From assembly GCA_002633005.1 (NCBI GenBank), contig NMRA01000011.1, positions 1 through 64,000 of the forward strand: 64,000 nucleotides of DNA, in the 5' to 3' direction. The stretch comes from Phoronis australis. Taxonomy: Eukaryota; Animalia; Phoronida. The position numbers were made by a program, and so were the translations under genes. This document shows, in pieces, positions 23,926 to 36,600 of this stretch. Within the stretch, counting starts at the first letter, position 1. Each line of letters opens with the position of its first letter. The notes under the pieces are model-generated. The model saw nothing but the letters and a program-made list of their open reading frames with translations. It had not been told where the DNA came from and did no database searches.

Positions 23926-26900
23926 ATAGGTGTCCCTAGAGTAAAAAGTTATTTTGCGACTGGGTCGAGTTTGCGGTCGGGGGGAACTCTCTGATGAGGT
24001 AGCTGTTAATATATTGTGATATTACCAAATAACTGTAGTAAAATCATGTAATTATCGATTTCTTATTAGGAAAATAAACCTGAATTAACAATGGCTTCAC
24101 TCTTTTCACTTGGCATTTTTTCAGTTTAATTTTTGAACGCTTTTTATGAATTGAAAACGTCCCGAAATCCTGGATCCTCCCCTGCTGTAAGATATTACAC
24201 CAGGGGATAATCCAGAATATTGAGTTAGGGGGGAGGGGGGTAGGGGCAAGAGCAGAGTATTTTGCCCGTCAGACATTTGCACCCCAAACTGCCAAATGGA
24301 ATCTGGGAGAATTTTAGGCAGGGCCATGGCCCCCTTGCCCTGCCCCCCCTTCCCCCTATCCGTCTTTGTACAGTGTTACAGTAGACACTGCTGACACCCA
24401 ATTTCCACCACTTCGCAGCCTACACAGTCTTCACCTCCTAGAACAACACAATTTTCGACCCTCCAGGTAGCCAAAATTCTCAAGTTACACCCCTCACCTT
24501 GTTGACATACTAATTTTTTCTTCCCCCATTTCTCTTTTTGAGGTGGGACCCTGCTCAACTTGAGGGTCCTAAGCCATTCAGATCACCTTGGGTATATTCG
24601 GTGCCTCAAACTTCTCATTGGAGGTGAATTTTAACCTGCGTGATAATCAAAGTTAGTGGAGAATGATTGGCCATAATGTTCGAGCATGCACTGGAAATAT
24701 TAACTTCCAATGGCATCCAGAACACCTCGGGTCTTTTGTAACCTCAAATTGCACCTAATAGGTGAACGCTCTATGCATCTGTGCGGACTTCAGTTAGCCT
24801 ATTATCAAGACTGAAAATCACGTGAATTGCCATATTTTGGATAACATTCATCTCTGAGAGGATATTTGAGGCTACAAAAATACCTGAAGCGTTTCTAAGA
24901 AAAATTTGTACAGGTAAATAGGAAAATAGCCGAGGTGCTCCAGATGTTCTGAGGATCAATTCGTAGCTACGAAAAAACCCGAGAGGTGTTCCAAATGGGT
25001 CCTAACCTTTAGTTTTGTGCATATCTGGTACTAGAAGAATCTCCACTCATTTAGACAGTGGCTAAAAAAACATTGTTTGTGGTCTGAGGTTTGGACTTCA
25101 ATAAAATTGCAGCCTTATGTTTCAAATGCACAATCTTTTTATAAAAGCTAATGCTAAGAACTGAATCCTTTTGTAGTAATTTTTGGACAGCTGTCTGTTT
25201 CACCCATTAAGCTTGAAGAAGTCGGCTCAGAGATTCCTGTTGTCAAAAATGAGTCTGGTGTCCAAGGTTTTAAAAATACAGGTATTGTATTAAAACCCCT
25301 TTTGCAGTAGGAAAAAAGGTACCATTTGCAGTGTTTTTAACTTCCAGAGTGAAACCCATTGTATTCATGGGGAAAAATTTTGATCTGAACAACGTACCAC
25401 TATATAATTGGAATGACTATTAGAGGAAAATTCTCCAGGTGATTTATCATTTCACAAACAGGCTTGTGTGATAGAAATATTTTTGTGTTGTAATTAATTA
25501 AACTGAAATAAATGTTTTTGCATGAATCAAGTTAGCCAAAAAAATGATGATAAAAAAGAAGCTGGAAATCGAATAAGAGGAAATAAAAACAAAAAAGGAA
25601 AATTCCACGCCCTGTATATATCCCTGTCTCAACTTGTTCCTTAGTGGACTTGGAAGAATTCAAACTTTGTTATTGCTCAAAGCCATAGTTATTGCACCAG
25701 GTCTTAAGCAATAACAAAATATCAGTTCAACCGAAGCCAATATACCACATGTAATCTCAGTAAGGAACAGTACAAGATCAAGAGTCTAATCACGTGCACA
25801 CACATGAAGATTGACATCAGACACTAGTATCCAAATCCAATGCCGATCTTCATGTGAGTGCTTGTGATTTTTGCTACTAATTTGGCCAAAAACAACATTG
25901 TACCAGACCAATCTTACATTGTTACCTAACGATTCTAAAAAAGGTTGGGTTAATAGCAGCTAGAAAAATGGTACAATTTGTGGATAAGGAACTTCAAAAG
26001 GGTTAATTTTTTCAACACAGTTTAGTACAGATGTTTTATTATTCTCCACATAGCATTTAAATGCATTTTGGGCTAAACAGATTCCAGCCCAGTCTTGTAT
26101 GGATTGATTTAAAACCCTGAAAAGGGATTATGCAATCATGTTTTGGGAATACACCTCTAGAGTGAAACTTTCAATCCAAATCGAACTCGAAACTGTTTTT
26201 GTCACTTCTAGTCCACTTTCTTGGGAGATCAAGATAGTACTTAATGACCACTAGATTCGAGCTAAAATTTGAGTAAAAACTCAAGATTTCTAGCAAAACC
26301 TCTTACTCGAACTCTTAGCTCTAATGCTGGGATCATTAATTGCCATCAATAACCACATAGAATAAAAGAAACTTGTCTCGAGTTCAAACAAAACTAGAAT
26401 AGAAAATAACAAAAATAATTCTGAGTAAAAAGTTGAAACCCAGGGCCCAGGTGTTAATTTCATAATGGTCAATGCTTTCACAAGGCAGGGAATGTGCTAC
26501 TTGAATGGCAGTCGGGTCTTTAGTAACCTATTCCCATACCAACACTGGTGGAATCAGAATTATTTAAGAGGTTGCTAAACTTGAAATTGTTGGCAACCAA
26601 TGACTGTAATGTGAGGTAACTTGGAAGCACTGCATGAACAGGGGACAGGGACAGGGAAGCTAGGCAAGAACAAAACTGAAATGAGTTTCTATCCAGGGAA
26701 GGGTTCATAACGAGGAGGGGATAGCCCTGTTGTGCGCTCACAGCTATGTTACTTCAGTCTATCACTAAGCTAAACCATATTTCTAATCAATACATCAGCA
26801 AAATAAAGTTCCCAATGGTTAGATAAATTTCTTGGCATGTTGTGTGTTTTGTAGCTTATGGGTATACTATTTCTAGGAACACATTAATTATGTCAACGTG

Positions 26901-28319
26901 AGGGTGTTTGCCAGTGCGAATGTTCTGAACCATTTCACACTGCCCAACTATTGCCACGAGGAGGACCCCTCTGTAAGAGTCAAATTTGTAATTTTGAAAA
27001 CTGTATGAAAAGACCGAAATGTTGACTAAAATCACTGCTGCATTATGTACAAAATAACCACAAGAATAAAACACTAGCATGTTACTAAAAACACTGAGCA
27101 AAACATAATGGTAATAGTAACATACAGGCACCCCCACTTTGAGAACCAGTGTTTTCTACTGTATAACAGGAACCTATTTTTCACTGAATAGCAGGAGTTA
27201 AAACTTGTTCTCAAAATTTGAATTGCCAGTGAGTGACTATTGCCTGGATAACAATCCAACCCAAGTAACACACAAGAAACTGTCAATTTGGGTTTAGTGA
27301 CCCAGCTTAAAATCTTTGAAGTACCCTGAGCTCCCAATTTTGAAATTTGATATGTTTTTGCAACTAGTAGTCATTTTAACGAACCAGGTTTTTAAAGTTC
27401 GCTTACTTACAATGTCTAACTCCAGGTTGCTTTGAATACGGCAAACCTTAGTAGTTTCAGAATGTTTTAGAATGGTTCTGAGATCTTGTTTTGCAATTAA
27501 GACTGATATTAATAGATCATTGTTGCAAACTCTACAACACTTGACATCGTGTAAACGTGGAAAGAAAAAATGAAACAGTCGACCAGTCAGGGTCCAGGAG
27601 AGAAGAGACTTGCATAGATTTCATATGACCAAATGTGACACTCTGACCAGTGACTCGGGAATTGCAAAAGTTACCATGAAAGGGTTTATTTCCAAATAAA
27701 TTCCACACAAAAATATTTACTTTTTGGTTGGAACAGTATAAAATGATCCATTTTTCCACCAAAACCACTGAAGGTTTCCTATGCAACTGAGGTTTGCTGT
27801 TTTAAAAAGAATACAGCCCAGAGAGCTTCTTGCTGAAATTCAATTCCCTGTAAATAATAACTTTGCATAATTATGTTATCAGAAAAGTTGACTCTTCCAT
27901 TGAGGCTCTCACCACAATGAGTCAGTTTTAATCACAGTGCCAGCTCAAAAAAGGATGAGGTTTTATCTTGCTGACTATACAAAATAGTGTGTATAATCCT
28001 AATTTCACTGCAACAAACACCCTCCGAAATAATTGAATTCTCTGTACGACTGTAGGATGCCAAGGATGGCAGTCAGAGCCGATGTCAGTCATTATAAAAC
28101 TATTGCTAGACTGGTTAGTGTGTGTGTGTTTAGGACCATTGACTGTATTTTTATGCTCCTAACTTCTGTGGGTAGTGACAAGTGTGCCAGTATATTATAC
28201 ACTACAATGACAATGTCAATGTCATGAATAGCAGTATTTCAGCACATATCCTTATCTGACCCAATAATTCAACCTTCACGGTAATCACGGGAGCTTTCTT
28301 TGTGTACATGAACATACAC

Positions 28320-29552
28320 AATTTGTTGAATGCACGACACTTTTCATTGTTCACGGTCTTTATTCCGTTGCGTTCATACTTTCTGAACAAAACTCTACTC
28401 TCTACTGAACATAGATACAGTAACTGACCTAGCGACATAATTAAAAGACACACGATATTTCGAAACATACTTGTTTCATTCTCAAGTGAAGATAAAATGA
28501 CGCAATAATGCCACCACAGAGTATAAGCTGACGACACACACAGTGAGACACGGCGGGTGTGAAATACTGCAAAGAATGACTAATGAATTGGGGTAACAGG
28601 AAACAAGTGTAACGTAAGGCGCGACCCTGTTTGCTGCTCATTCAAGATAGGCTTCTCAAAAGCAATTAAAAGGGACTCTTAATACTTTCAAACGCAGCAC
28701 ATCTTGCTCCACGTAGCGAATTGACGTGTTTTCCACAATTTCTTGACGGGTGATTTTACGTGCGTGGCATTGCAGAAAATGATCTTGAAATGCGCCATTT
28801 TGAAGATGCATGGATAACCGACGGGAAAGACTGCAAACCGTTTGACCAATATAACATTGTTTGACGTTTGAACGAAGACATTCGTTCATAGGGCATACAA
28901 ATTCATAAACAACACTACACTGTGCAACGGGGCGGACTTTCGCTTTAGAAATGTTATTTTTCATGACGAAGTTGGAAGACTTCCTACTCCGATAATAAGT
29001 AATAACATCGAGGTAATCATCAGACTTACAAACTTAAACATTGTCCCTTATGATTTTCTTAATGGCGTGTTCGTCCTGGAGGTAATTATTAGACATGACA
29101 TTTTTGTAAAATATCTTTTTGGTGACACCAGTCCGACGTACAGGGATTTCATAGCTAATTCTGGACATAAATCGCTTAATATGGAAATCCACAAAAGCAT
29201 TGGTATACCCATTATTCACCAGTGTTTGTCTTATGCGATCTACCTCTCGATTGAACAATAGCCAGTTAGACGACACCGAATACGCCCTCTTTAGGAAGTT
29301 GACCACAACAGCGACCTTATACTGCTCAGGGCACTCACTTTTGGCGTGGAGACAGAAACCTTTATCAGTAAGCTTGTGGTAAACTGATGTAGAAAATTCA
29401 GACGGAGAATGGTTCACAAGAACGTCCAAAACACGAATCTTGTCATTTACAGGAAGCTCGTGGGTAAACTTCAATACGGAGTTACCCCAATTCATTAGTC
29501 ATTCTTTGCAGTATTTCACACCTGCCGTGTCTCACTGTGTGTGTTGTCATTA
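28320..29552 (-). mobile_element. Penelope-like family 2 copy (RT thumb, GIY-YIG, pLTR) with an inverted pLTR piece at 29481-29552
   Basis: High identity to 8295-9434; ORFs 29034-29495 and 28656-28964. Confidence 0.92.
28451..28488 (-). ncRNA. Minimal type-I hammerhead ribozyme motif with intact core (U3-A8 variant)
   Basis: Reverse complement reads CAC-TTGAGAA-T-GAAACA-AGTA-TGTTTC-GAAA-TA-TC-GTG: stem I CAC/GTG, 6-bp stem II, palindromic ATAT helix III. Confidence 0.72.
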
Positions 29553-30204
29553 GAAAGCTCTCATCAAGAGCTTTCCAAAAATATCTTTTTTACATTTGTA
29601 CCTAAAATACTTCCAGAGATATTGCATTGTTTAGAATCTGGTTTGATAAACACCAAACAATTCTTGACTGGAATGATTAACTGATTGTAATTAAATTAAT
29701 TAGTGAAGAGAAAATTCTCACAATTCTTTCTCTAGATGTAACACTAATAGGATTCTAAGGCTATGTGAGATTAATTAAGAGTAATAAAACATAAAAATAC
29801 CATTTTGTTAATTATACACAGAAAATAAGTATTAATTAGTAATCAAATAACCTAATTACCAAAACAGACTTGCATAACCATAGTATCATCTTTATTGTAC
29901 GTACATGACCACTATAACAAGTGCAATGATGAACTGAAAAGTTAGTCAATGCTTTGCTCAATGTGAGCACACCACCCTTCATCACGATTCTAAACGTAGT
30001 TTGGAGCAGAGCGATGTAGGCAATGTATGAGACAATGTGTGATACCCAACAAAGCACCGACACTTCAAACACTGATGCACGCAGTAGAAAATATGGATGA
30101 ATGTCCCATTTTGAAGAATGAGTGTGTTTTGATTTCAAAACACTATTGAAGTTAAAAGTGATACAAAATTGACTTACAACTTTAAGAAATAGAAAAAAAT
30201 ATAT

Positions 30205-30630
30205 ACATTATGGTCAAATCTATCCGGAAATATGAAGGCGTCGTCGTCTCTTTCATAGAGCTTATATGCTGAATTTCATGAAGATTCATCAAGGAACTCT
30301 CATGACACCTAGGCAATCGTAAAAACAATAAAAGTGCCACTACCGGACACACCTGCAGTCAAGAATTTTCTGCAACTTGTCGTCATCTGTTATCTCCATA
30401 GGAGCACACCTGCCAAATCTCACAAAGCACCTCCAAATACTTAAAAAGTTACAGTCAGACGCGAAAAAAATTGCCGCTAGGGGCCACCTCAGTTGTGGAA
30501 CCTGCCCAAAAATCAGCGTCAGTCGTAGCCTACTCATCATTATGATCATTTGAGAAATTTGGCAAACAGGAAGGCCGATGTCACCAACGTACTCATGTTT
30601 TTAAATTGCCACCAGGTGGTGCAAAATATG
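30205..30630 (+). repeat. Diverged relative of the CTCF-motif monomer array
   Basis: Motifs at 30337, 30474 and 30609 (CCACCAGGTGGTGC) spaced 137 and 135 bp, plus a GAATTTCATGAA box. Subunit order matches 2071-3393. Confidence 0.6.
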
Positions 30631-32440
30631 CCATTATTTGATAATGAAATAAACAAATAATAACGGTAACGATGAAATATTACCATACTCTTTTACACAA
30701 AAAAATCTTGCAAAACAAGACTCGCCAAATTGTAATGGTAAGTGGCACACCGGAAGACGCGGGATTGTTTATAAACTAGTACTTCATCAGCATATTCACA
30801 ACGTAGCATCCTCAACATAAGTACACTATCAGCCCAATACGTGGTGCGACACTTTTTCTCAACAGAAAACTAAATCCTTTTTAACAAAATCTGCAGCTAA
30901 TTCATATTTATGCATATCATAGTCCAAAGCAGTCTTCATCTTCTTGACAATAATTTATGTATTTCTTCAGTTTCAGCACATGACCGTTGTACATGATCTT
31001 TTTTCCATCGCACTCGTCGACCCAGACATGAAGAATCCTTTTCCCCACCACCCTGCCTTCGATTACATCTCTGACAGCGTCTTTCGCCTCCATCTCAAGC
31101 TCTAGAAAATCTTTGACAATTTTGAATTTTCTCATTTTTCCTTCGAAGCTGGGCATCCCTTTTGATACTCTTTGCAGACAGTCTTTGTCTCAACTCCATT
31201 TTTAAAAGACGAGCTTCCCTCCGCTTGACAGTGCGTTGTTGACGAGCAAGACTTACGGATGCTTTGATGACACGATCTCTCTCGACTTTGGGAGTGCTGT
31301 CGAGTCTCTGTACAATTTTGTTCTTTGTGGCACGTATCTTGCATGAAAGGTACTCCAGGGTCGCACTTGGTGCTTTGGCTTGGATAGCCCTGAAAAAGCC
31401 CATTACCTCTTTGCTATACATACTGTGGAGTTTTGCTGACTGAGTTGCCCTCTTTAGCTCCTCTGTGGTTTCAGTCTGGAAGTATCGGCTGTACTGCCTC
31501 TCAAGAACTTTAATTGTTGTCTCCAGACAGGTGGCCATGACTTTGTCAAACAGCCCCATGTTGTACGGCGTCACCTGCAACGATACAAGGATCTCATCAC
31601 TGTCCAGTTCCTCGCCAAAGAAGTCGAAACATGTCGATAATCTCTTCGATGGACACTCAAGGGCGACTTTACACTCAGCTATGATGTGTTTCACATGAGT
31701 GAAGGCTTCCAGGTGGTTGACGTCAGTGCTGGGCTGGTAAAAACGCGTCGTCCAAGGCCCAGTAACCAGCTTTCCAATTAAGCCCAGAGCTTGAAACTCT
31801 GTTTTTGCCAATTCAGTTGCGAAATCAGCAGCCACAGCTTTCTGGAGCGTTCCACAGGCAAGAACAGAGTTCTGCAGAAAATCGTTGAAAATCGTTTGGT
31901 GGTAAAAATACTTGCCACATAAATGAAACAGAATGTGGAGTCTGTTGTCACGATAACGGGGAATAAATCCATGCCCAAGATGCTCATCATCGAGAAAAGA
32001 CAGGAACGCTTTGGGGTCACCTTTTGGACTGTTCTTGTACCGAATCTTGTTCATTGCAAATACAATGTTAGCGGCGATGCAGTCACGTACAAGAACTCTG
32101 CTAGGTTCGGCTTCATGTTTCTTAATTGCGCTACGGCATGAACTAGCTATTGTGTCTAGTGGATGAAGGTGGCAGTTAAGCTCGTTCAGTGGCTTGTTCC
32201 ATTCATCTTCAAGCAGGCTCACCGTTGCATGGTTGACTGCCGCCCGGTCCGTCATGGTGTTAGCTATGTTCTTGACCATTCCAAGACGACATCCTTCAAA
32301 ATTAGAATTACCTATAGAGGCACACACACCTGCAATCCTTTCTAAACTTTCGGTCACATGTGATGAATAATCAGCTGCTGTACCACCAGGAAGTTCATCT
32401 ACCGAAAGGACAAGGGCATCATCTGTGGTGGTGATGTGAA

Positions 32441-32672
32441 CTGCATTTACATGTACACCAAGCTGGGTAGTAGCATTTACATGTACACCAAGCTGGGTAG
32501 TAGCATTTACATGCACACCAAGCTGGGTAGTAGCATCAAATGTGAACTGCATTTACATGTACACCAAGCTGGGTAGTAGCATTTACATGTACACCAAGCT
32601 GGGTAGTAGCATTTACATGTACACCAAGCTGGGTAGTAGCATTTACATGTACACCAAGCTGGGTAGTAGCAT
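32441..32672. repeat. 30-bp in-frame tandem repeat (ATTQLGVHVN) running into the N gap
   Basis: GCATTTACATGTACACCAAGCTGGGTAGTA, ~7 copies. Confidence 0.95.
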
Positions 32673-33645
32673 NNNNNNNNNNNNNNNNNNNNNNNNNNNN
32701 NNNNNNNNNNNNNNNNNNNNNNNNNNNNNNNNNNNNNNNNNNNNNNNNNNNNNNNNNNNNNNNNNNNNNNNNNNNNNNNNNNNNNNNNNNNNNNNNNNNN
32801 NNNNNNNNNNNNNNNNNNNNNNNNNNNNNNNNNNNNNNNNNNNNNNNNNNNNNNNNNNNNNNNNNNNNNNNNNNNNNNNNNNNNNNNNNNNNNNNNNNNN
32901 NNNNNNNNNNNNNNNNNNNNNNNNNNNNNNNNNNNNNNNNNNNNNNNNNNNNNNNNNNNNNNNNNNNNNNNNNNNNNNNNNNNNNNNNNNNNNNNNNNNN
33001 NNNNNNNNNNNNNNNNNNNNNNNNNNNNNNNNNNNNNNNNNNNNNNNNNNNNNNNNNNNNNNNNNNNNNNNNNNNNNNNNNNNNNNNNNNNNNNNNNNNN
33101 NNNNNNNNNNNNNNNNNNNNNNNNNNNNNNNNNNNNNNNNNNNNNNNNNNNNNNNNNNNNNNNNNNNNNNNNNNNNNNNNNNNNNNNNNNNNNNNNNNNN
33201 NNNNNNNNNNNNNNNNNNNNNNNNNNNNNNNNNNNNNNNNNNNNNNNNNNNNNNNNNNNNNNNNNNNNNNNNNNNNNNNNNNNNNNNNNNNNNNNNNNNN
33301 NNNNNNNNNNNNNNNNNNNNNNNNNNNNNNNNNNNNNNNNNNNNNNNNNNNNNNNNNNNNNNNNNNNNNNNNNNNNNNNNNNNNNNNNNNNNNNNNNNNN
33401 NNNNNNNNNNNNNNNNNNNNNNNNNNNNNNNNNNNNNNNNNNNNNNNNNNNNNNNNNNNNNNNNNNNNNNNNNNNNNNNNNNNNNNNNNNNNNNNNNNNN
33501 NNNNNNNNNNNNNNNNNNNNNNNNNNNNNNNNNNNNNNNNNNNNNNNNNNNNNNNNNNNNNNNNNNNNNNNNNNNNNNNNNNNNNNNNNNNNNNNNNNNN
33601 NNNNNNNNNNNNNNNNNNNNNNNNNNNNNNNNNNNNNNNNNNNNN
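32673..33645. other. Assembly gap (Ns)
   Basis: N run. Confidence 1.
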
Positions 33646-36600
33646 GTTCATTGAAATTATAGACACATGGTGAACAGAGACACCTGGTGGCTGCCAAAAG
33701 TATTGCTCACAGGCTACTTTAGTTTTTGACAATATTGGACAAGACAACTAGTTCTTATCTGTCAATCATCTAAGTTCTTAACAGGTCCTCCTGGAGGCAA
33801 TTTGTTTGCAAGTGTTGGATTTTATATTTTAACCTGTTAAAAATAATTAAAAAGTTATGGGTCATGGGTTGGAGCAATAAATGAAAAATATGGGCGGTGG
33901 GTACGAAATAAAAGTGCCTTCCCCCCTCCCATACAGATTTTGTTGGAACAGCCCTAAGGTTGTTGATTACCTACAATGCCACATTTATGTATACCTTTCA
34001 AAAGTTTTTTGCCGATTACTAAAAGAACAATAATATTGTTTCGCGGAGATGAGATCAGAACCTAATAATTGAACAAGAGTACTAATGCATATAAATAAGT
34101 CTAAAGCAGCATAGAATAACAGATTCTTAATTAATTTATAAAAAGTATGATGGCTAAAACTTAACTGAAAATGAACTGCTTCATTGCTTCTAATAAATTA
34201 CAACACACTATCTGTTATATAAACGGTCATTTATTTAATATATTAAGGAGGTGTGTACCTTTTTAATTTTGTGTGTTTCTGTTTCACTAGGGCAAGTTCC
34301 TTTTGAAGCTCTTTGTTTCTGTTACGTCTAAGTGCCCTAATCTGCTGGTTCTTTTTCACTAGGGATACCTCCTCCCTCTTCAGCTGCTGTCTGAGCTGCT
34401 GAATCTTAGAAGACTTAAGATTATGCCTCAAATTACGTATGCCGGTCTGGAACTTTTTTTTCAGTAGATCTGGATTTCGCCACAAAGTCTAACCGTTGCT
34501 TCAACTGAGTTTTACGTGGCGTTAGCACAACTCTTTGGGACAAACGCACAGCAGGTTTTGGTGACCTTTGATCCAAGGGCTCCTGATCTGTGGAAGGACC
34601 AGCAATAGAGAGGATTGGACCTTCCAGTCACCCACTACTGTTTCCTTTAGCATAGTTGCAGTAGCAGCCAGTGAAGAATTGCACTTGAGGTACAGGAACA
34701 GCACATGCCCATTCTTCACATCTTCACAACTGGTAGGCACATCGCAGAAGTGCTCTTCCAGGTACTGACGAGCTAAGCCAGGTTTATCAGAAACTGGCGA
34801 CAGCTTTCTTTTCTTTTTTGGTGACATCCTGAAAATAAAAAAAATATTGAAATGTATGATTCTGAATGTTTATACCAAGGAAGACCTTTTTGCAAATGCA
34901 AAAGGTAATTGTACTCCACTAGCTGTGTATCAAAATGAACTAAAAATTGGCTAACAGTAATGCACTTCATTTCCGCACTGAAAACACTTTGATGAAATGT
35001 TGTTTTGCAAAAATGACATCTACTATCAGTTATCAAAGAAGTTTGTTTTCATCTAAGTTTCTTGAGGTGAGATTGTAAAGAAACCACTTTTACCATAAAA
35101 ATATGTTGAAAACAAAAAACAAAATTTCATATTGAAATTTATCAAGCAAGTTTGAAATAACGAGAACAATGAAAATGCACTGATGAAATCATTTGTTCTG
35201 TCAATATGAATATAAAGGATTTCAAAAATGTTCACAAAAGGCTAGCTCATCCAGCAATGTGCACTGTTTACATTCGTCAGTCAGCTGTTCTTTGTTTGGC
35301 AGCCGCTGTTCATTTATTTAACAAATAAACCAATCAGATTGTCGGAACCATGTCACGTGACCTGGGTTCCTACGACAAAAATCAACAAGAATCATTGTAT
35401 TTAGACCACAAATAACAATTAATATCCCCAAATGTAAATCTAACTTGTACTTGGCGACTTTCAAAATGCAAAACAATTGCAGAAAAGGAACTGGTCATGA
35501 GAAAAACGATTCGCTTCATAACCAAGCAAATTTCCGTTCATCATGGCCGTAACACTGCAAATCCGAGTACCATAGTTGGGGATTGAAAAAACTATGAGGG
35601 CATCAATAGATCTTCACAAAAATCGGCATGCAGATTCATATAGGGTTAAATTTATGCGATGTGATAAATTCTTACAACAACGTAACTTACCTGAAGAAAT
35701 GTGATGACTTGAAGATAAACAACAACATTCCTACACGAACAGCATGGGAATGAAAACGTAAAACAACTTAATTCATGACGTATGCATTCAGGAATGTGTG
35801 TTCTACGTCATCCAAACCTTTGGTGCTTTGTTCCTACAGTTTTTACGGAGAGCAAGTGGATTTTCGAGGGGTAGGTTCAAACAATGGTTAAAAAGCGATG
35901 ACCGCCATTATCGGAGAACCATTCAGCGATTAGATAAGATTATGTCACGTCCCTACTATAGTGTGCCTAAAATGACTGTTGTTGTGAATGGCCTAATCAG
36001 CTAATGGTTATCTCTTCCACAAATTATTTCGTAAAAAAATCACATCACTTCAGAATACAGCATAGTATACAAGATAATAATTATCATTAAATGTTTAACC
36101 CTTATCCTGCGCTAGGCGAGGTCAGCTGGGCTGCCCTAGGAGAGTGCACTCACCCCAGGACACTTGTGATTTTCATTCAGAAATTGTAAGAGCCCTGGAA
36201 TGTTGTTTAGATATGTGACCATGAGCATTCCATACTTCACAACTTCCTCTACTGTTCTCCAATTTAAACCATATGGCTGTGATTACTAGTTTGGGAGATA
36301 TTGGCAGGTTTATGTAAGTGTAGACACATAGTCATAGTTTCATTATATGGCTGGAGCCATACGGGAGAGGATGACAGTGGATCAGTTTACTTTCACCAAG
36401 TCCAAGGCTATGAAAGACTTACACATGGTGAAAATCTCCATTAAATTCTGCACAAGTTTTGTATTGACTTCTTTTCTGTAAATTTNTAGGTCATTTGTCT
36501 AGGTGACCTCCACAACAGCTTAGTGTAAAGCAGTAGTGGTGACCTACTTAGCTCAGCACACAAAGAAAGTAGTCTGAATAGAGGCTCAGCAGGATTACGA

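Larger units (their letters stand above)
30917..34827 (-). pseudogene. Unclassified DDE-like (RNase H fold, CxxH) DNA transposase gene, frameshifted and spanning an assembly gap
   Basis: Acceptor ttttCAG|G ATG at 34827; MSPKKKRKL; coiled-coil-like segment 34243-34485; core FTFDATT...ELPGGTAADY...TMTDRAAVN...LNCHLHPLD...RLHILF...SKEVMG; C-terminal VVGKRILHVW...YNGHVL. Confidence 0.7.

Noticed and set aside
21306-24185. CAGGGGCGGATCCAGG ... CCTGGATCCTCCCCTG as TIRs of one 2.9-kb element capturing Gypsy RT
   Set aside because: No matching TSD, and the Gypsy reading frame continues on both sides of the left end. More likely two separate MITE fragments.
32507-33747. Long ORFs of 370-403 aa in the ORF track
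   Set aside because: Artefacts of translating through the N gap and the 30-bp repeat.
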